DNA of 63,871 nt, filler included, from Octopus bimaculoides (GCF_001194135.2; 4 parts of 4 records of this genome joined end to end with filler, not necessarily neighbours in it), one strand, 5' to 3'. Numbered from the whole stretch's first letter, positions 23,279-36,735 are shown. Notes: generated by a model from the letters alone, not told the origin. A program made the numbers and translations.

Positions 23279-24814
23279 ATGTCGAGCGATGTGCAAAAAT
23301 CATTCTATCATTGTGATATTTGTGGTAAATCAATCTCTCGAAGTAATGACTTAATTAGACACAAACGTACTCACACCGGAGAGAAACCATTTCAATGTGA
23401 AATCTGTGGTAAAACATTCTCTTTAAACTATCATTTAACTTCTCACAGATATATTCATACAGGAGAAAAACCATTTCCCTGTGATATCTGTGGTAAATCA
23501 TTCTCTACAAACAGTCATTTAACTAGACACAGACGTATTCATACAGGAGACAAGTCACTTCACTGTAATGTCTGTGGTAAATCATTCACTGCAAATAGTG
23601 CTTTAATTATGCACAACCGTGTTCATACAGTTGAGAAACCATATCGCTGTTATATTTGTGGTAAATCATTCTCTCAGATTACTCTCTTAAAACATCACAA
23701 ACAGGTTCACATAGGAGTGAAGCCATTTCACTGTGATATCTGTGGTAAGTCATTCCCTACAAACAGTGAATTAACTAGACACGGACGTATTCACACAGGA
23801 GAAAAACCATTTCACTGTGATATCTGTGGTAAAACATTCTCTGTAAGCAGTAATTTAACTGCACATAAACGAAGCCATACAGGAGAAAAGCCGCATCACT
23901 GTGATGTCTGTGGTAAAGCATTCTCTCGGATTACTATCTTAAAATGTCACGAACATATTCACACAAGAATGAAGCCATTTCACTGTGATATCTGTGGTAA
24001 GTCATTCACTACAAACAGCGATTTAACTAAACACAGACGTATTCACACAGGAGATAAACCATATCACTGTGATATCTGTGGTAAATCATTCTCTATAAAC
24101 TGTAATTTAACTTCTCACAAACGTATTCATACAGGAGAGAAACCATTTGACTGTGATATCTGTGGTATATCATTCTCTGTAAGTAGTACTTTAACTCAAC
24201 ATAAACGAAGTCATACAGGAGAAAAGCCGTATCACTGTGATATCTGTGGTAAAACATTCTCTCAAAAATTTAACTTAACTAGACATAAGCGTATTCATAC
24301 AGGTGAGAAACCGTATCATTGTGATATCTGTGGGAAATCATTCCCTGATATAAGTGCCTTACTTAATCACAAGCGTAATCACACAGGAGATAAACCATTT
24401 CCCTGTGATATCTGTGGTAAATCATTCCCTATAAACAGTCATTTAACTAGACACAGACGTATTCACACAGGAGATAAACCATTTCAGTGTGATATCTGTG
24501 GTAAATCATTTTCTAGAAACTGTAATTTAACTTCTCACAAACAAATTCACACAGGTAAAAAACCATTTCACTGTGATTTCTGTGGTAAAACATTCACTGC
24601 AAAAGGTGATTTAACTCAACACAGGCGTATTCACACAGGAGAGACACCATATGACTGTGATATCTGTGGGAAATCATTCTCTCAAAACAATCACTTGACT
24701 ATACACAAATATGTTCATACAGGAGAGAAACCATTTTGCTGTGATTTCTGTGGTAAATCATTCTCTGTGAAAGGTAACTTAACTAAACATATATCTATCC
24801 ATACAAAAATTTGA
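23279..24814 (+). CDS. C2H2 zinc-finger protein (ZNF-C), 18 tandem fingers
   Basis: 511-aa ATG-to-TGA ORF made almost entirely of C2H2 fingers with TGEKP/TGDKP linkers. Confidence 0.94.
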   Translation: MSSDVQKSFYHCDICGKSISRSNDLIRHKRTHTGEKPFQCEICGKTFSLNYHLTSHRYIHTGEKPFPCDICGKSFSTNSHLTRHRRIHTGDKSLHCNVCGKSFTANSALIMHNRVHTVEKPYRCYICGKSFSQITLLKHHKQVHIGVKPFHCDICGKSFPTNSELTRHGRIHTGEKPFHCDICGKTFSVSSNLTAHKRSHTGEKPHHCDVCGKAFSRITILKCHEHIHTRMKPFHCDICGKSFTTNSDLTKHRRIHTGDKPYHCDICGKSFSINCNLTSHKRIHTGEKPFDCDICGISFSVSSTLTQHKRSHTGEKPYHCDICGKTFSQKFNLTRHKRIHTGEKPYHCDICGKSFPDISALLNHKRNHTGDKPFPCDICGKSFPINSHLTRHRRIHTGDKPFQCDICGKSFSRNCNLTSHKQIHTGKKPFHCDFCGKTFTAKGDLTQHRRIHTGETPYDCDICGKSFSQNNHLTIHKYVHTGEKPFCCDFCGKSFSVKGNLTKHISIHTKI

Positions 24815-24957
24815 CTCTATTATTTGTCAAATGTCTTTGCATCACTCAGCAACCAACNNNNNNNNNNNNNNNNNNNNNNNNNNNNNNNNNNNNNNNNNNN
24901 NTTAATTAATTAANNNNNNNNNNNNNNNNNNNNNNNNNNNNNNNNNNNNNNNNNNNN

Positions 24958-24993
<36 letters not shown>

Positions 24994-25284
24994 CTATGTA
25001 AGTGTGTATGTGTGTGCGTGTGTCTGAGTTTGTGCCCTACCTACCACCGCTTGACAACCAGTATCGGTGTGTTTACGTTCCTGTAATTTAGCGATTTGGC
25101 AAAAGACACCGATAGAATGAGTATCAGGCTTAAAACAAAAATTAGCCCCGTTTTGATTCATTCGACTGAAATTCTTCAAGGCAGTGCCCCAGCATGACCG
25201 CAGTCTAATGACTAATGCAAGTAAAGGATATATAGACAGGCAGACAGGATACTTTTCTACTCAAGAGACAAGGCCCGAAATTTT

Positions 25285-25475
25285 TTGAAGGGAGGCAGTC
25301 GATTAGATCGACCCCAGTATGCAACTGGTACTTAATTTATGGACCCCAAAAGGATGAAAGGCAAAGTCGACCTCGGCGGAAATTGAATTCAGAGCATAAG
25401 GACAGACGAAATACCGTAAAAAACCTTTTGCCCGGCGTGCTAACGATTCTGCCAGCTCCCGCCTTAAGATAGACA
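25285..25475 (-). mobile_element. Abundant tRNA-derived SINE, family A (other copies at about 420-600, 34085-34270, 35170-35370, 43870-44060, 59960-60130, 60215-60545)
   Basis: Recurrent ggcggcgagctggcagaatcgttagcacgccggg...gaggtcgactttgcctttcatcc...tactggggtcgat consensus. Confidence 0.8.
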
Positions 25476-25622
25476 GGATACTGACACACAAACACATACA
25501 TTAGAGAGAAACAGAGAGAGTGAGAGAGTGAGAGAGTAGGAGAGAGTGAGACAGACAGACAGACAGACAGACAGACATCAANNNNNNNNNNNNNNNNNNN
25601 NNNNNNNNNNNNNNNNNNNNNN

Positions 25623-25674
<52 letters not shown>

Positions 25675-26041
25675 ATGTATGTGTACGTCGACGAAATAGA
25701 CACGTTTTGTCGGTTTCCCTTCTGTTTTTATTTGTCTTTTTTCTTTTTTTTTATATTTTCGTTCCTGAATGCACTGCGAAGACTTTTGCAGCGTTTGCGA
25801 AACTACAGCAGCCAAGATAAACAATTTACTTTTCTGGCGTTTGAATCTGTTAATATGGCGTGTTGCTCTGATCTCGCATCGTGACTCATCTATGTCAAAA
25901 TTATAATTTTCCGCTACAAGTCTACTTAGTCCATACAGAGGAACTGTTTTTGCCAACGTAAACACTCACTCATACTAATTTATAACGGATTCTCTCGTAG
26001 AAGGAACATACTTCACGTGACTATACAATCAAATTAACAAT

Positions 26042-26073
<32 letters not shown>

Positions 26074-26118
26074 CCCTGCATATATGTTTGTGAGTACATG
26101 TGTGCAGCTGAATGTCTG

Positions 26119-26258
<140 letters not shown>

Positions 26259-26814
26259 AACCATCATCCGATGATGGCTTAGATAGCCGAAGCTTCTAAT
26301 TCACTGTCAATACTATTTTTAATANNNNNNNNNNNNNNNNNNNNNNNNNNNNNNNNNNNNNNNNNNNNNNNNNNNNNNNNNNNNNNNNNNNNNNNNNNNN
26401 NNNNNNNNNNNNNNNNNNNNNNNNNNNNNNNNNNNNNNNNNNNNNNNNNNNNNNNNNNNNNNNNNNNNNNNNNNNNNNNNNNNNNNNNNNNNNNNNNNNN
26501 NNNNNNNNNNNNNNNNNNNNNNNNNTATATATATATATATATATGTTTGTATATGTATATTAATTGGGCAGACAGACTGTGGATAGTTTATTGGTTTCGT
26601 CCTCTCCTTTCTTCATAATTGGAGTGGAGAGTATGTTTTGGCGGGTAGTTGTTGCTTAACAGATTGTTATTGAGCTTGATTTGATCATTTCTTCGTGGTG
26701 CGTATCACGATTGCTACTTATATTCTTTGCAGATATGAGTAGCATATGGGAACGGTATTAAGGAAGAATAGGAAAATATTAGATTTATAAGCCCTAAAAT
26801 TCACTCCATAATTT

Positions 26815-27045
26815 CCCACGGGCATATGGTGTAGTGGTTAAGAGCGCGGGCACCTAACCCCAAGATTCCGAATTCGATTCCAAGCAGTAATAATAACATC
26901 GAAAAATACCTTAGGAATGAGAACCCAGGTTGGAAATTTCCCTAAGAAGGTTCGAGGGTATATCAGCCGAAACGTTATGCTATTAAATTTATTTATTTAT
27001 CCAGGTGAATAAAGAAGATGAGGTCAAATGTAAATAATGTACCGG
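26815..27045 (+). mobile_element. tRNA-derived SINE (head, (TAA)n spacer, tail ending aaatgtaaataatgta)
   Basis: A box tggtgtagtggt and B box gaattcgattcc. Same family as 34510-35042. Confidence 0.75.
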
Positions 27046-27679
27046 GCGGCTTTTAAGCTGACTCCTGTGGACTACATATTAAGTTTTATGAAACTATACC
27101 AGTATTTTTCAAGCAATGAACAATTTTCGTCAAAACTATGATATAATATGTCGACTTGAAGCCTATTGCAAAACTTCATGATAAACATTTTTTTGTCTTC
27201 CCATTCGGGGAACAGTACAATTTTTTTCCGTCTAACTGTTTTCTTTCTCTCTCTTTTTCTCCCCCCTCTCTCTCTCTCTCTCTTCCTGTTGATTATTTTC
27301 AACCACCACCATCACCAGTACAACCACCATCGCCACCACAACTGCCATACACACAGCATTCAGACTTCAGACGCCACCGCCATCAATACCTTTGACTTCA
27401 CCGCCTTCCCATCCCTTACTATCACCGTCATGTTTGGCCACCTCAGCTACCACTACCACCACCACCAATATCACTATCGCCTCCGCCTCTATCACAACTA
27501 CAGCTCACACTATTACTATCATTCCATTACCATCTCAGCTGTCAATCTACTTCCGCCCACCCTCGCCGTTTCTATGCCTACTGTTACTCTCACCGCAGCA
27601 AGAGGGGTAAAAGTGTCATTGAATTGTGAGAGAAGGGGGTCAAAGTGTGACACACTGACACACAAAAGTTCATTTTGGC

Positions 27680-27733
<54 letters not shown>

Positions 27734-28086
27734 CATTATTACATATAATACATAAACACACACACACACTTCTGTTTGTTAATAGACTGGATTTTCTACT
27801 TCTCTCGGACTTTCATTCAAGTCGTAGGGTGTCTCTAGATTTTGGAAATTCATTTTCCAGTTTGTGGTGGGGGCCACCATTCATTTGTGGCCCAGCATTT
27901 AATTCATTCAGCGATGTACAAGAGACTCTGGCAATCACTCATCTTCTTTATCTTCTATCTGTTATCTTTTACTTGTTTCAGTCATTAGACTCTGGCCATT
28001 TTTCTTTAAGTATAGGTCAATACCGAAATATAAAGTTTAGATCGATATCGAATCCTAAATTCACATTCCATGGGTTCTCAGCTTAC

Positions 28087-28163
28087 CAAGAACTGCCGCA
28101 ATGCAGTGCTTACCACAAACATACTTTGGTGATACATTTGGGTACTGCAGTCTATGGGAGTAC
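28087..28163 (-). CDS. Candidate exon E with two possible donors
   Basis: Acceptor catatttcttccAG. GTAAGC donors give exon ends at 28114 or 28087. The phase-2 frame YSHRLQYPNVSPKYVC(GKHCIAAVL) is open. Confidence 0.5.
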
Positions 28164-29019
28164 CTGGAAGAAATATGTGTTCTACCAAAATTCACGCTTC
28201 AGTTAAGTCAGATCAACAAGGACTGTGGTATTTTGACGTAAACGATAAATATAATTTATTAGAAATATTGCATTTCTAAATGTCTCAGAGAGAGTTATGC
28301 AATAGCAGCACGATAAAGTGATGGTTTGTTGCCAACTAGTTTCTGGATGCTGGCTTTGTTGGGTGAAGGTTCTTATCTCCCCTGTTTGAAAGCTTAGGGA
28401 CACAGAACACTTGTGTCACGTAGCCAATTAGAAACGGTGTTTCTTGGGGCTATATAGCAGTAGCATTCTTCCCTTTCTTGGAACTGCCACGATAAATATA
28501 ACGGATTTGAATGTAATAAACGATGTGAGACGAATAATTTCATGTAATCATTATTATTGATTATAAGCGAGCAGTGTAAAATGGCTGATAGACGACCCAC
28601 TGTTGTAGCAGCGAAATGTTTACTTAAATACGTACCATAAGAGCTTTCTGTATTTCACATTTTAAAATTTGATAAGCAGGAACTGACATTACGTAAAGAC
28701 AGACTTTGGCCTGGAAGTAAAGAACCGATTTAATCAGATAAAAGAATAATAAAATATTTACAAAAATAATATATTCTGAATATATTAAATAAAACAAAGG
28801 GTTGCAAATCGATGGAAATGTCTGTGTTGTATTGATTTAAACCTTTAACTAAACACACTTCTTATTGCCATTTGTTCTTATCGGGCCGTAAACACATTCC
28901 TATCAGCAAACCGTATTCCTAACAATAGTAATCTTCAGAAACACTATTTCTCTCTATACTATTTATTTTTTCTGTGGACGAAAGCCGAATGTTTTTATAT
29001 GTTTGCTTAGTAACCATAA

Positions 29020-29285
29020 GGGCCAAGGTTTGACCCCAACGTATGCCATCTTGGTCAAATGCATTTTACAGGTCGATCTAAGCCCAGGTGTAATAAGAAT
29101 TTTGTCAGAGTGTTTCCGTTGTATTTGAAAGAGCCATTACCCTCTTTGTCACACTGAATCTGTCTGAGAAATCCATTAAGGGTAGAAACATCTCTGGAAT
29201 AAGCAGCCACATTCAACAGCACGTTAATTAAACGTGTTTGTATTTCATTTGACCGAAAATCTGGGCAAGTTATCGTCATCACCGA
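29020..29285 (+). mobile_element. Older copy of the SINE at 44959
   Basis: Shared tgtcacactgaatct...gagaa...agggta...cagccac...cacgttaatt core. Confidence 0.55.
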
Positions 29286-30370
29286 CGGAGATCCACGTAT
29301 CATCCACCAGCAAGAATCATGTGGCTAACCACATCAATTCCATCCAACTATATTAATATCTTTGCAATAGAAAAACCTGAACATTTTAGTGGTAAATTCT
29401 CATGAGGCTTCAAATTGCAAATAAACACAAACAAAACAAAATATTCTGCGTAATGTTTCACCTGCCGCCCTCTCTTGTAATTTTCGCAGCTATTTCTCTA
29501 AAGTATGTCTACATTAAAATCATGCTGTCGGATTTCCCACCATCGCAATTTCTAATAATGCAGTTTTACTCTCTTCAGTCTATAGTTTCCTGTCTTAGCC
29601 AATATTTTGGGATGTTGGAAAGGAATCGACTCCTCCAGGCTGACCAAGTTGTCATGTGTTACACGAGAAGACTGTATAATTCCCTGAAGACTAACGACCA
29701 ATATTGGAAAGGGATCGACTCCATGAAGATGACCAAGTTCTCGTATGATATATGAAAAGACTATGTTATTCCCCTATCACTTATCGACCCAGTATATGTT
29801 AAGACAGATTCAAATATCTGGTCTCTGGTGTCTCACTAAATTCGTTCTCACTTTGTATTAAATATATCCCAAACTAGAGATTATGAGATCCTCACCAACT
29901 AAAGTATCTTCCTGGTGATCTAATACTCAATGTTCGCCTTACTTCATCGCCTTAATCGATATTATAAACTTCGATTCTTATACTTCCTTTTTTAAAATTG
30001 TTATTCAAGTCTCATCAGTGATCTCTCTTTCATTTTCAGAATTCTAAAGCCAACAGATTTATTACTTTTGGTTTCGTGAAAATATAGTTACCATTCTGGA
30101 ACTATATGATAAGATGGATGAATAAATAAATTTGATAGCACATAAAGCCTCATGAAATTAATTTATATTCAAGACGAAAAGATATCGAGGCATATTCGGT
30201 AACTGGCCAATAGGTTATCACACGGAATGAAAATGATAATTGGTTAGCAAGCATAAGGCAGTAAAAGAGAGACTGCAAGTAGATATAGAGAGATTTGGGG
30301 AAAACAGAGAGAGGAGGCGGAAATAGATGGCGTTGATAATAGAGTACTGTAATAGGAAATGATGATGATG

Positions 30371-30404
<34 letters not shown>

Positions 30405-30594
30405 CGATGATGATGATGATATCGTTTCCTCCGCTTCTTCCTTCCCTTCACTTCTCTCTTCTCCTCATCAGCATCAGTAGTAGTAGTAGCAGCAGCAGCA
30501 GCAATAGTTGATGGAAATGTAACAGAAGTTACAGCAAAATAAGTAGTAGTAGGTGCAGCAGCAGCAGCAGCAGNNNNNNNNNNTAGTAGTAGGT

Positions 30595-30660
<66 letters not shown>

Positions 30661-31589
30661 ATAGTAGTAGTAGGCGGTAATAGGGAGATGCTATAGAGTA
30701 TGGATGAAAATTGGAAGATAAATATTAAAAAAATGAATAAAGATGGCGAGTTTAGAAGAGATGAGAAGAGGGGAGGAGTATGGATGAGGATAGATACAAT
30801 GTGTATACATCAGGGTTAACAAAGATAGGAAGAGGCGATGAGTATAAATGATGATCGTAAGCGCAAGAAAGAGATTAAACACTTTCATAACGTCTTCCAT
30901 TTAACTTTGGTTTGAAAAAATGTCAATGGTAAAAATTATGTTGCTCAGTGAATTCTTAATGAAGACAATTTTCTATGAGAGTGGAAGGTGAAAGTTGGAG
31001 TTGTTTTGAAGCCATTGTCACGGAAGGAAAGAAGCTGGTCGGGTGAAACCGCTTCGCATATCTGGGAAGTATAAGGAACTAGCAGCTAAGCCCGGTTTCA
31101 CCCGGTTAGTTTGGATGATGTGGCTGTAAAACCTGCTCTGTGTAAGCATTCGACTTGTTTGGGCACGCTTACGTTAAAAAACAATTTTAGAATGACTTTT
31201 TTCAGCCAAAACGTTAAAAATAACTAACCAACAACAAAAAAAAAACAAGATTCAACCAAGTCAAAAAATAAACCCAAATACTAAGCGAATAAAGATGAAC
31301 CATCCCACTTCCATTGCGCGCGCGCACACACACAAACACGCACACACACAGGCTCACATATATTCACCTACCCCCTTTTACATACACACACATATATTCA
31401 CACATCTGCTGCTGCTGCTACGATGACGACTCTACTACTACTACTTCTACTACTACTACTGCCACTGCTGCTGCTGCTGCTACTGCAACTACTACTACTA
31501 ATAATAATGATAATACTATTACTATTGTTGCTGCTGTGATGCTGCTGCTACTACTACGACGACTGATGCTGCTGCTGCCACTACTATTG

Positions 31590-31631
<42 letters not shown>

Positions 31632-31665
31632 ATACTACTACTACTACTACTATTTTGTTACATAC

Positions 31666-31721
31666 GATATTAGGTGGCGAGCGTATGTGTAAAAATAAAG
31701 GAACTTATTGCAGCCTATCAA
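31666..31721 (-). CDS. Candidate exon C
   Basis: Follows a 65-nt intron. Acceptor cctgttcAG and donor GTATGT. 56 nt, LIGCNKFLYFYTYARHLI, phase 0 to phase 2. Confidence 0.45.
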
Positions 31722-31786
31722 CTGAACAGGTGGTGCAGATTCAGGTGTTCATCTAATTAACAGAATGAAAGATAAAAGTGACTCAC

Positions 31787-31910
31787 CTTTATAAAAGGTA
31801 TTTCTTGTAAATCGATCTTGAAAAACCTTTGTAAGCGCTTCAACTCCGGAAATTGAAGGGTTGGATCTGCATCTTTGTAATTTTGGCACAAATCATCCAA
31901 CTCATATAAC
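31787..31910 (-). CDS. Candidate internal coding exon B of the same gene
   Basis: Acceptor tattgtcAG and donor AAG|GTGAGT. 124 nt, encoding LYELDDLCQNYKDADPTLQFPELKRLQRFFKIDLQEIPFIK. Starts in phase 2, ends in phase 0. Confidence 0.7.
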
Positions 31911-32969
31911 CTGACAATATATGATATATATACACCAGTGTGTAAATATAACATAACATAATGTAATATAATATAATGTAATATAATATAATATAATATA
32001 ATATGNNNNNNNNNNNNNNNNNNNNNNNNNNNNNNNNNNNNNNNNNNNNNNNNNNNNNNNNNNNNNNNNNNNNNNNNNNNNNNNNNNNNNNNNNNNNNNN
32101 NNNNNNNNNNNNNNNNNNNNNNNNNNNNNNNNNNNNNNNNNNNNNNNNNNNNNNNNNNNNNNNNNNNNNNNNNNNNNNNNNNNNNNNNNNNNNNNNNNNN
32201 NNNNNNNNNNNNNNNNNNNNNNNNNNNNNNNNNNNNNNNNNNNNNNNNNNNNNNNNNNNNNNNNNNNNNNNNNNNNNNNNNNNNNNNNNNNNNNNNNNNN
32301 NNNNNNNNNNNNNNNNNNNNNNNNNNNNNNNNNNNNNNNNNNNNNNNNNNNNNNNNNNNNNNNNNNNNNNNNNNNNNNNNNNNNNNNNNNNNNNNNNNNN
32401 NNNNNNNNNNNNNNNNNNNNNNNNNNNNNNNNNNNNNNNNNNNNNNNNNNNNNNNNNNNNNNNNNNNNNNNNNNNNNNNNNNNNNNNNNNNNNNNNNNNN
32501 NNNNNNNNNNNNNNNNNNNNNNNNNNNNNNNNNNNNNNNNNNNNNNNNNNNNNNNNNNNNNNNNNNNNNNNNNNNNNNNNNNNNNNNNNNNNNNNNNNNN
32601 NNNNNNNNNNNNNNNNNNNNNNNNNNNNNNNNNNNNNNNNNNNNNNNNNNNNNNNNNNNNNNNNNNNNNNNNNNNNNNNNNNNNNNNNNNNNNNNNNNNN
32701 NNNNNNNNNNNNNNNNNNNNNNNNNNNNNNNNNNNNNNNNNNNNNNNNNNNNNNNNNNNNNNNNNNNNNNNNNNNNNNNNNNNNNNNNNNNNNNNNNNNN
32801 NNNNNNNNNNNNNNNNNNNNNNNNNNNNNNNNNNNNNNNNNNNNNNNNNNNNNNNNNNNNNNNNNNNNNNNNNNNNNNNNNNNNNNNNNNNNNNNNNNNN
32901 NNNNNNNNNNNNNNNNNNNNNNNNNNNNNNNNNNNNNNNNNNNNNNNNNNNNATATATACATACATAGT

Positions 32970-33040
<71 letters not shown>

Positions 33041-34509
33041 TGAGAAGGTGATGGAGAGAAATTTAAAAGAAACATTTTATTGCAAACTTCAAGAAAATGA
33101 TTTCATTTTTTTCCTCTTGCCTTTTAATGAATGGGCGTCTAATTAATTACTCTTTATTAAGCTATCACTAAGTCTAATTAACTGTTTTATTTTTCTCCAT
33201 TTCCAATTCATTAGTTCTCCACTTTAATCTAATGTATCTTTATCTACCCTGATCATTAAAACACACTGGGAATCTGAAGGAGACTTATTTTCCCTTTATT
33301 GATTTCGTTTTTAACTGTTCCGCTACTTCTGTGTTTCTAATACATTTGTGTGTGTGTCTTTTATCTATCTATCTAGCTAGCTAGCTAGCTAGCTATCTGT
33401 CTGTTTGTCTGTCTGTCTGTCTGTTTACATGTATGTATGTATGTATGTATGTATGTATGTATCTATCTATCTATCTGAGAAGGAATGATTAACACTGCAT
33501 TGGTGGATAAATATTCTTTATTTGTGGGTTAACAAGGAAACCAATGGTTTCATGTATAGAAACCGTCACAATTGTTGAAGGATGCCATATGAAGGTGTCA
33601 CTCGTCTCCAGTTTGGATGTTAATCCAAAATGGAGACGAATTACAACAATTTCATGTGGAACGTTTGGACAAATATGAAAATCTCTCCTTGAAACCATTG
33701 GTTACCTTATCAATATATGTATGTATGTATATATATACGTACTTACATAATGCTAAAGCAGTTTTCTACGACTCTGATTTTAGCCCCGAATTGTAACTCA
33801 TCCAGAGAAATAAATCGTAGGAGGAGAGTAGAAGCAATATAAATGCTCAGAATATTATGATTGGTTTTAAGGAGTAGATGTTTAGTAGGTTACAGATGAA
33901 GGATTGAGGAAAACCTACTAAAGTGCATGAAAACAGACGTATAGTCTGTCTGTGCAGCTTTGCTAAGTATTTCTTTCTGATAAAATCTTTTTAGTGATAT
34001 ACTGAAATTCAAATGCACAAGATGGCGATGAGCACAGGATAATAAGTGGCTTCTAAATTGTTTCTATTATGACGACATACATTAAGGCGGCGGGCAGGTA
34101 GAACCATTAACCTCGCCGAATAAAGTACTTTGCGGCTTTCCGTCTGTCTTTACATTCTGTTGGAATTCCGGTGAGGAAGTCGATGAAATAAGTACATTTC
34201 GAGCATTGTGGTCGATGTAATCGACTTGTCCTCTCCCCAACAAATCTCAGCCCTTTTGTATTTAGCTGAAAAGATTATGAACTTACCAAGAAATTTTTTC
34301 AATATCCTTGTCATGCCGTATTTGTATTCGTACTTCGGGAAAGGCGTCTGCTACTTTCTTACAAAAATGTTCAAAGGAAATATGGCGCTGATTCAAAAAG
34401 AAGTTTAGTACTCGAAATCGGTCCATATTTTTCCTATAAAACGAAAAGGATTCACAGATTTCTTCCCAATAAACAATTTTTGTTCAGTTGTATATTTAAG
34501 AGATGAGGA

Positions 34510-34674
34510 ATTATGTACGTTATTTACATTATTTACATTATTTACATTTGACAGATATTTGTCCTCATCTTGTTTGTTGTTAACACAACGTTTCAGCTGA
34601 TATACCCTCCAGCCTTAATCAGGTGTCTTGGGGAAATTTCGAACCTGGACACTCATTCCTAACGTATTTTTCGA

Positions 34675-34752
<78 letters not shown>

Positions 34753-34831
34753 TATTATTATTACTCAGGCCACTGCCTGGAATCGAACTCGGAATCTTGG
34801 GGTTAGTAGGGTTAGGGTTACCTGAACAATG

Positions 34832-34894
<63 letters not shown>

Positions 34895-35042
34895 TCGAAA
34901 AATACCTTAGGAATGAGAACCCAGGTTCGAAAGTTCCCCATGACACCTGATAAAGGCTGGAGAGTATATCAGCCGAAACGTTGCGTTAACAACAAACAAG
35001 ATGAGGATAAATATCCGTCAAATGTAAATAATGTAAATAATT
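34510..35042. repeat. Head-to-head inverted pair of the same SINE family
   Basis: 34510-34800 (-) and 34829-35042 (+) are reverse complements over about 200 bp, including (TAA)n tracts. Confidence 0.85.
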
Positions 35043-35365
35043 TTTGTTGTCAAATCATTCGAATTTATTACTGTTTTGTAGTAAACTTTAGTATTTAGTA
35101 GTTAAAACCGAAGTTTATTTTATTTAGCATTTTAGAGTTACAATATAATTCTGATATTTAATAATAAACGGCAGCGAACTGCCAGAATCGTTAGCCCCCG
35201 GGTGAAAGGCATAGTGGCATTTCGTCTGTATTTACGTTCTGAGTCAAGTTCTTGCCTTTCATCTTTTCGATACCGATTAAATAAGTACCAGCTATACACT
35301 GAGGTCGATGTAATCGACTTAATCTCTTCCCCCAAATTTCAGACCTTGTGCTTTCAGTAGAAAGA

Positions 35366-35449
<84 letters not shown>

Positions 35450-36735
35450 TTAATATTGGCTTTTAGCGCTTTACTATTCAATATTCTTTTTTATTATCTA
35501 ATATTTTCGAATTCAGCATTTTAGCATATCAAATGAATATTTAGTGCTTAGCATATTGTGTGTAGTGTTTCTGCATTAAAATCTTTTTTTTTAGATTTTA
35601 TTTTAGAATGGAATATTTAGTATTTCTAGTTTGTATTTTAGTATCAGCACTTTCATTCATCATCACCATCATCATCATCACCACCCCCTCATTTCATACC
35701 CCCATCCTCACCATCACGCCACCACTATTACCAATATTATTGTATACATTTATTAGCAATTATTATTAGTATGAATGTAATTATACTAATATATATACAC
35801 ACACACGCACTCCCACATATACGCGCATATACACTTACACACTTGTCCACACTCACACCCATGCACACATGCGCTCCCACGCGCGGATACATATTTAAAT
35901 AAAACAATATATAACCAAAATTGTGTCTCTCAAGTGAATCATATAAAACTGATAGCGAAAACAAAAAAATGAACGCAAACTAATTCGATAAATAGCCTCG
36001 TTGTCAACTGAACGTCACAAGTTAATGAATTTCGTTGTGAAGAGATTGAAAACAAAAATAAAAAGCAAACTATTCTTATTCAACGAAAACACAAAATGAA
36101 AACCAATAAATTGAATAGTTTTGTGTCAATAACAATCAGGTGATAAACTGATACAATATTGTTTAATGAAAAACCAAAAGGTAAATTGATTTTACTGTGA
36201 CAGATCGACTGTTAATTAATATCGTTACTGGAAATGAATACCTCAATAATTTGGAAGAAAACCACACAAAAATAACATTACAAAAGAGACTTTACAGAAT
36301 TTAATAACTCTAAGTCAATTCTGTAACATTTAAGTTGTAATAATTGTATAAAAAATGTACATTAGTTCACTAAATATATAAATATTTATATCAGTTCTCA
36401 GACCATTAGACAACTATCAGATTAAAAGGAGATAAAAAAAAAGAGTACAATTGAATTACCAAAAATAGACAAAATTAAAAAAAAATGCAGACAAAATAAC
36501 GAAAAAGAAATTTTGAAATTAATTAGAAAAGTGTTTCGAAATAATCAGAGATAAAAAAAACCAGTAAATTTATTTGTGATTTGGAGTTGCGTTCCCTGCC
36601 CTACCTTGATTAGATTTCAGTTTTGATTTAATGAATTCTTCTCTTCCCAATGTGGCGAGAGGTTTTAGTAATTATATCTTCATGATTCGCCACATCATGT
36701 TTGTTAGCCACAAGTTTATCAGTATTTTTAATGCG

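Noticed and set aside
24902-24913. TTAATTAATTAA isolated inside N runs (also 39946-39957 and 60730-60741)
   Set aside because: An identical 12-mer centred in three separate gaps, with stops in all frames, is most likely a scaffolding spacer rather than biology.
26815-26890. tRNA-like sequences (also 44959-45030)
   Set aside because: These are SINE heads with A/B boxes continuing into repeat bodies; no complete cloverleaf.
27166-28206. 346-aa plus-strand ORF in the track
   Set aside because: Built from CT, CAC, TTA and CA microsatellites and a SINE fragment, so low-complexity chance.
33489-33698. 69-aa minus-strand ORF between exons A and B
   Set aside because: The best upstream acceptor introduces an in-frame TAA, the donor is weak, and exons A and B already join in phase without it.
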